64,000 nucleotides of DNA, taken from a virus. The notes below the pieces were generated by a model, which saw nothing but the letters and a program-made list of their open reading frames with translations, made no database searches and had not been told where the DNA came from. The stretch lies in the IMG/VR virus record IMGVR_UViG_3300045988_168552; one strand, given 5' to 3'. Positions 59,648 through 64,000 of this stretch are shown piece after piece. Within the stretch, counting starts at the first letter, position 1, and each line of letters starts with the position of its first letter. Position numbers and translations under genes: made by a program.

Positions 59648-60724
59648 ATGTTTGAGGAGATATGTTCCATCTATCGGGATGCGAAAGATGCACTCGGAAG
59701 ATACGTCGATATGGAGACGGGCGAGTGCATCACGCAGATGTCTATCCGTGAGTTCTGTCTTACGGATAGGTGGAAGCCGTATGTAGAGAAGCTGAGAGAC
59801 ATGCGGCAGGAATTTGGCAGCAAGGCGAAGAAGATGTCGGAGTACATCGAAACAAAAAAGATGCTTCCGGGAGCCACACTGAGCGGTCTCTTCCGTCTTT
59901 ACGAAGACGAAAGCCTTACCCACCCCGGTCAGCGGGTGATGGTTTCCCGAAGAGAAACCCACCTTCAGCAGCATACTGGATGGCTCGCCATCGACATCGA
60001 CCTTCAGGACAATCAGCAGCTTACCAATTTCGAGAATATCCGCATGGTGACTCGCTTCCGCCCGGAGATAGGCTTGCTGATGCGTTCCTGTTCGGGTACC
60101 GGATATTTCGGACTGGTTCGCCTGGCTTATCCCGATAGGCACAAGGAGCAGTTCAAGGCTATCCTCAAGGAATACGCAGCCCTGGGAATTGTGCTCGACA
60201 AGCAATGTGGCAATATCGGACGTGTGCGCTTCGCCTCATGGGATGATGCCGACCATATATATATTAATAATAATGTACAACCATACCTAGGCTTGGCGAC
60301 AGATGAGCCGCAGGTGATACCACAGGCACGCCCGATGTATCGGCAGACGCAGAGTAACACCTCTGCTGTTTACGGCAATGGCTACGACAATAAAGCCTTC
60401 TGGAATGATCCTCGCACGCAAGACCGCATCATCGAACTCATCGTAAAAGCCTTGGTGAGCCGAAACATCAACATCACGGAAAGCTACGATGAGTGGACCA
60501 AGGCAGGTTGGGCATTGAAGGCGCATCCCTATGGCGAACGTCTGTTTCACGAGCTTTCGGCATGTAGTCAGAAATACAATGCTGCTCAAGCATCGCAGAA
60601 GTGGCGACAGTTGGGCAGAAGCACCACCGTGAGTTACAATTACCTCATCCACGCCTGCAAGGAGAATTTAGGCCAAGGAGAATATCACTCTATCCTGCAG
60701 CAGGTATGGAGGGAAAGAGGCTAA
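59648..60724 (+). CDS. VirE/BT4734-like N-terminal domain plus PriCT-2-type primase (AEP superfamily)
   Basis: GWLAIDIDLQD, LMRSCSGTGYFGLVRL and CGNIGRVRFASWD fit the VirE_N/BT4734 pattern. SYDEWTKAGWALKAH fits the PriCT-2 core. Confidence 0.7.
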   Translation: MFEEICSIYRDAKDALGRYVDMETGECITQMSIREFCLTDRWKPYVEKLRDMRQEFGSKAKKMSEYIETKKMLPGATLSGLFRLYEDESLTHPGQRVMVSRRETHLQQHTGWLAIDIDLQDNQQLTNFENIRMVTRFRPEIGLLMRSCSGTGYFGLVRLAYPDRHKEQFKAILKEYAALGIVLDKQCGNIGRVRFASWDDADHIYINNNVQPYLGLATDEPQVIPQARPMYRQTQSNTSAVYGNGYDNKAFWNDPRTQDRIIELIVKALVSRNINITESYDEWTKAGWALKAHPYGERLFHELSACSQKYNAAQASQKWRQLGRSTTVSYNYLIHACKENLGQGEYHSILQQVWRERG

Positions 60725-60755
60725 TAAGAAAAGTTTTTTAAATACGTATAAGATT

Positions 60756-61040
60756 ATGGCAAAGAGAAATGTAAAAATCCCGAAGGGGTCATGGCTCGAC
60801 CAGAAAGGTCAGCGATGGATGAAAGTAATATTCGATGTAATGTCCGGTTTCGGGGGGTGTGAAAAGTTCATCCGTCAGATCAATTTGGACTTCACCTGCA
60901 ACTTCGATTTCGGACTGAAAAGATATGTAGTTAATATGGATGATTATGGTAATCTGCGAAACGTTGTGTTGCAGAAATACCCATCGCTGGCGAGGTATGG
61001 AGCCTTCCGACTGGTGATGACAACTCATCAAGTAAAATGA
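60756..61040 (+). CDS. Hypothetical protein
   Basis: 94-aa ORF. Confidence 0.5.
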   Translation: MAKRNVKIPKGSWLDQKGQRWMKVIFDVMSGFGGCEKFIRQINLDFTCNFDFGLKRYVVNMDDYGNLRNVVLQKYPSLARYGAFRLVMTTHQVK

Positions 61041-61047
61041 TAAGATT

Positions 61048-61581
61048 ATGAAATTGATAACGATTATTGGTCCCTCTGGGGCTGGCAAGGATACGGTAGC
61101 GCTCATGTTGTCTGCCATCCTGGGATATGAAGTGCTTTGTTCCTATACCACCAGACCTATGCGTGAAGGTGAAGTGGACGGCAAGGAGCATCATTTTGTC
61201 AAGGAATGCAACGTTCCCAAAAGCGAAATGCTTGCTTATACCCGATACGGCAACTATGAGTATTGGACGGAGAAGAAACAGATAAATGGTGCTGCCATTT
61301 ATGTCATCGACGAGAAAGGACTGATGGAGCTGATGGAGCGCTGCCCGAAGGCTAAGATCATCACCGTCTATGTTTCGGCAAAGCCGGAAACTTTGAAGAA
61401 GCGCGGTATCTCTGAGGAACGTACCGACAGAGACCAGTATCGTGTTCAGATTGATTTCAACAGCTATGACTATGTGATACCCAACAACCGCTCGATATTC
61501 CATCTTTGGGATTTCGTGGCGTTCGTAGCCAAGAAAATAAGAGAGCAGGAATTGGGCATTCCTAACCATGCTGTAAAGTAA
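61048..61581 (+). CDS. Guanylate-kinase-like nucleoside/deoxynucleoside monophosphate kinase
   Basis: P-loop IIGPSGAGKDT and the signature SYTTRPMREGEVDGKEHHFV. Confidence 0.8.
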   Translation: MKLITIIGPSGAGKDTVALMLSAILGYEVLCSYTTRPMREGEVDGKEHHFVKECNVPKSEMLAYTRYGNYEYWTEKKQINGAAIYVIDEKGLMELMERCPKAKIITVYVSAKPETLKKRGISEERTDRDQYRVQIDFNSYDYVIPNNRSIFHLWDFVAFVAKKIREQELGIPNHAVK

Positions 61582-61674
61582 GTTCAAAGTGAATATCCAG
61601 TACCGTTACAATACAGACTGAGTACAGACTGAGCATAGATAGAATAATATATAAACATCAAATAAAGAAACAAT

Positions 61675-62562
61675 ATGAAAATGATAATTCCTGGTGTTGA
61701 GTGGTGGCCTCAGAAGACCGCCGCTCAACAGATTGCTCGAGTAGGCAGAGTTTGCTACAAGAGCAAAGGTAAGCAGCCTGACGAGAATCTTCCTGAAGAC
61801 AAGAAAGAAGATTTTCTGGAGAAACAGGCAGTGCAGTTGGCCAACCGATTCTGGGAGAGCGGCCACCGCTCCATGTACCGACATGGTACCCTTTACTTCT
61901 TCGTGAAGAACGATAGTAGGCTGCCAAAACACCTCTGGTCTTTCCTCGTTGCATCACCTTACATCAATTATGCAGTGCAGGAAAAGAAGGTATGGATCAG
62001 CAGCAATATGCAGTTCCTTTGCGAGCACGGCAATATATTCGAAATGCTATCCCCATTCAATGTGAAGGAAGCCGAGTTTATCGAAAAGGCGCAGAAATAT
62101 GATTGCAAGGAAGCACTCAATCTCCTCCGAATGACGCTGGTGGTGACTACGCAGATCAGCACCAGCCGTGAGTTGAACCGCACATCACCTAATAGCATCA
62201 GTGAGCAGAGTACACGCTATGTGAACCTTGAGAAGAAAGGTGGCGTGCAGATTGCCCGTCCCCATTGGTTGCACGAGGGCACCCGCTGGCAGAAGTTCCT
62301 CTATCTCACCGGCTGCAAGATTGCCGACTGGCTCTATCGTCGATTGCTGAAATCGGGCATGAAGCCACAGGATGCAAGAGGCATTCTTCCTCTTGATACC
62401 TATACGGTAGTAGCTTACACCTACACCATCACCGAGTGGCAGCATATCCTCGACCTCCGCTTCAGAGAAACCACCGGCAAGGCGCATCCTAATGCCAAAG
62501 AGGTAGCCTTCGAGATCAACCGCATCATTGATGAAAGAATGGAGGCATTTAATAACAAATAA
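61675..62562 (+). CDS. thyX: ThyX-like (flavin-dependent thymidylate synthase family) protein with a deviant RHR motif
   Basis: GHRSMYRHGTLYFFV, SRELNRTSPNSISEQSTRYV (aligns by eye to aRq..RHR..S...lS.RY) and ARGILPLDTYT...EWQHILDLR resemble ThyX blocks. Confidence 0.6.
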   Translation: MKMIIPGVEWWPQKTAAQQIARVGRVCYKSKGKQPDENLPEDKKEDFLEKQAVQLANRFWESGHRSMYRHGTLYFFVKNDSRLPKHLWSFLVASPYINYAVQEKKVWISSNMQFLCEHGNIFEMLSPFNVKEAEFIEKAQKYDCKEALNLLRMTLVVTTQISTSRELNRTSPNSISEQSTRYVNLEKKGGVQIARPHWLHEGTRWQKFLYLTGCKIADWLYRRLLKSGMKPQDARGILPLDTYTVVAYTYTITEWQHILDLRFRETTGKAHPNAKEVAFEINRIIDERMEAFNNK

Positions 62563-62581
62563 AAAAGTAAGCAATCAGTCT

Positions 62582-62734
62582 ATGCCACGTCGCATTCATA
62601 AAGATTGCCCTTTTACAGCCGAAGAGATAGACGAGTTTCACGCTATGCTCTATAACGTGAACACGTCTTTCCCGTGCATCAATCCCGCACCCGTATCATG
62701 GCTGAAAGGCTTTCAGAATTATAGCAGTAAATAA
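62582..62734 (+). CDS. 50-aa peptide
   Basis: Start set at the ATG at 62582 (MPRRIHKDCPF), after the thyX-like stop. Confidence 0.35.
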   Translation: MPRRIHKDCPFTAEEIDEFHAMLYNVNTSFPCINPAPVSWLKGFQNYSSK

Positions 62735-62820
62735 TCGCCGTTAAGGGAGATTATGATTAATAGAGCCTCTTATGCCTCTTTTTTATGACGGTTTCCAAAA
62801 TTGCAACTGTCATAAATGGA

Positions 62821-62850
62821 GCCTCCGTTCCCAGCGATTCCGTCGCTGGT
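62821..62850 (+). repeat. Dispersed hairpin element, copy 11 (36 nt before the ATG at 62886)
   Basis: GCCTCCGTTCCCAGCGATTCCGTCGCTGGT. Confidence 0.9.
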
Positions 62851-62885
62851 TCGTACAGAAAAAAGTAAAAAAGCAATAAAAAGCA

Positions 62886-63860
62886 ATGGGAACAAAAAAC
62901 AAAAAACAACAGCAGCAGGCATTGGCCAAGCGTGAGCAGCAGATCAGAAATCTGCCGACCATCTATACTTTCAACTTCAAGGATGTGCCTGCAGAGCAAT
63001 ATATCAAACCATTGGAAACTCTCTTTTCCAATGCCGATTTCTATAATTTGATGGAGAATCGTAACGAGATGGTACGTTCTGCTTGCCGCATTCCTCAGAA
63101 CTCTCCTAAGATGCCCCTGCTTATCAAGGCTATCCAGGATAAGGATCTGAAACTTGCCAAGCAGGTATATGCCGCACTCGTACAGATAAACCTGCACAGC
63201 AAGGTAACTTTCGATTTCCTCAATTTCGGTCAGTTGCTCCGTTATTACGTAGATTATTCCAAGCCAGGCATCCGTGAGACGGTTTCCCGCCTTTCCATTA
63301 ATCTCGACAAGATAACTTTCTATGCCGATAGTCTGGAAGACCTTCTTAACCAGGCAAGAGCGGATATGAGAGAAATTTTCAATGGCACTACCGAGTTCAA
63401 GCAGTTTGATGGTGTAGTGGAAAGCCTGAAGCAGTTGGAAGGTTTCTTCAATTATTCCCGCACCAAAGACATCAACAGCAAAGATAATGCCCTCTACTGC
63501 GAGTATGCCGACAGCATCAATGCCTATATGGAGAAGCGAATGCAGACCTATTCGGCAAAATACCGCAAGCTGCATCCCCAGCTCCCTGGCTTCACCCAGG
63601 ATCAGATGATAGAAGCCCTCAACCTCTTCTTCGAGGAGAACGGTAAGTTCAATGAGAGCTTCATCAGTACTACCGAGAGTGGAGGCAAGTATATCGATGC
63701 CGTAAAGCTCTCCTTCAACATCGACGAAGAGCAGACCCAGAAGCTCGATAAGCTGGTACCCAAGCCGAAGGAAGGCAACTCCATCCAGAAGTATTGCCTG
63801 AACGTTACCGATGCAATCATGCTCTACTATGCCCAGCAGAAAGGCATCTCCTTCGCCTAA
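62886..63860 (+). CDS. Hypothetical protein
   Basis: 324-aa ORF. Preferred over the antisense ORF 62757..63575 because of the upstream element and A-rich leader. Confidence 0.6.
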   Translation: MGTKNKKQQQQALAKREQQIRNLPTIYTFNFKDVPAEQYIKPLETLFSNADFYNLMENRNEMVRSACRIPQNSPKMPLLIKAIQDKDLKLAKQVYAALVQINLHSKVTFDFLNFGQLLRYYVDYSKPGIRETVSRLSINLDKITFYADSLEDLLNQARADMREIFNGTTEFKQFDGVVESLKQLEGFFNYSRTKDINSKDNALYCEYADSINAYMEKRMQTYSAKYRKLHPQLPGFTQDQMIEALNLFFEENGKFNESFISTTESGGKYIDAVKLSFNIDEEQTQKLDKLVPKPKEGNSIQKYCLNVTDAIMLYYAQQKGISFA

Positions 63861-63879
63861 TCAATAAAGTAAAAAAACA

Positions 63880-64000
63880 ATGCCAAATATCTATCTCCGT
63901 CTCCCCACCTCCCGCTGCCAGTTTTTCCGGCACCGCGATCCCAAGCTCACCCTGGCAAAGGATGAGCCAGTGGTGTTCAGTAACTACTCGCACGAGCACT
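63880..64000 (+). CDS. Hypothetical protein, 5' partial (runs off the window)
   Basis: ATG at 63880 after an A-rich leader. MPNIYLRLPTSRCQFFRHRDPKLTLAKDEPVVFSNYSHEH... is open to the window end. Confidence 0.4.
   Translation, partial: MPNIYLRLPTSRCQFFRHRDPKLTLAKDEPVVFSNYSHEH

Noticed and set aside
59246-59655. ORFs 59246..59452 (-) and 59446..59655 (+) in the spacer after the tape measure
   Set aside because: They are composed of the repeat boxes and GC hairpins, with no start context.
15459-62850. Diversity-generating retroelement (template/variable repeat) explanation for the dispersed repeat
   Set aside because: The copies are only ~30 nt, there is no adenine-specific variation pattern, and no reverse transcriptase is present in the window.
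59597-63575. Antisense ORFs 59597..60205, 60931..61587 and 62757..63575
   Set aside because: Each is a mirror of a plus-strand gene with recognisable motifs (VirE/PriCT, guanylate kinase) or a better start context.
1-64000. Alternative genetic code (stop-codon reassignment, as in some large Prevotella phages)
   Set aside because: TAA, TAG and TGA all terminate ORFs precisely at conserved stop-start junctions (e.g. TAGCGTATG, TAAGCGTATG, ATGA). Long ORFs are uninterrupted under the standard code.

Overview
This window looks like part of a large tailed-phage genome from a Bacteroidota host (Prevotella/Bacteroides-like). The host call rests on repeated TAnnTTTG (-7) and TTTG (-33) promoter boxes, A-rich leaders without Shine-Dalgarno sites, and lipobox signal peptides. 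I read three gene blocks.

- **0.8-13.7 kb:** about 23 small plus-strand ORFs. Most are separate cassettes with a conserved TTATAGAA-type 5' box, and several are followed by a hairpin.
- **13.7-45.7 kb:** a plasmid-like maintenance module comes first. It has an 8-bp-phased centromere-like array, parA, a small ribbon-helix-helix (RHH) protein, a 22-bp iteron field and a rep candidate. Next is a divergent HTH switch, then replication genes (DEDDh exonuclease, a 1226-aa primase-helicase, dnaN). A long run of small tightly coupled ORFs follows, including ASCH, YopX, radical SAM, PD-(D/E)XK and GNAT proteins.
- **46-64 kb:** a minus-strand packaging operon (terL plus a DPPY DNA methyltransferase), a holin-like gene and a 2031-aa tape measure. 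After a 960-bp repeat-rich spacer come a VirE/PriCT-type primase, a guanylate-kinase-like dNMP kinase and a divergent ThyX-like gene.

No rRNA, tRNA, CRISPR array, integrase or reverse transcriptase was recognised.

The most unusual signal is a ~30-nt hairpin-containing element, GCCCCCGTTCC-CAGCGA-TTCCA-TCGCTGG-TC. It occurs at least 11 times, always in the same orientation. Most copies lie 25-66 nt upstream of start codons. Three copies are embedded in ORFs, two of them in the same reading frame. I interpret it as a possible stoperator-like or RNA-level regulon marker.

All protein calls come from motifs read by eye. No database search or folding was possible.
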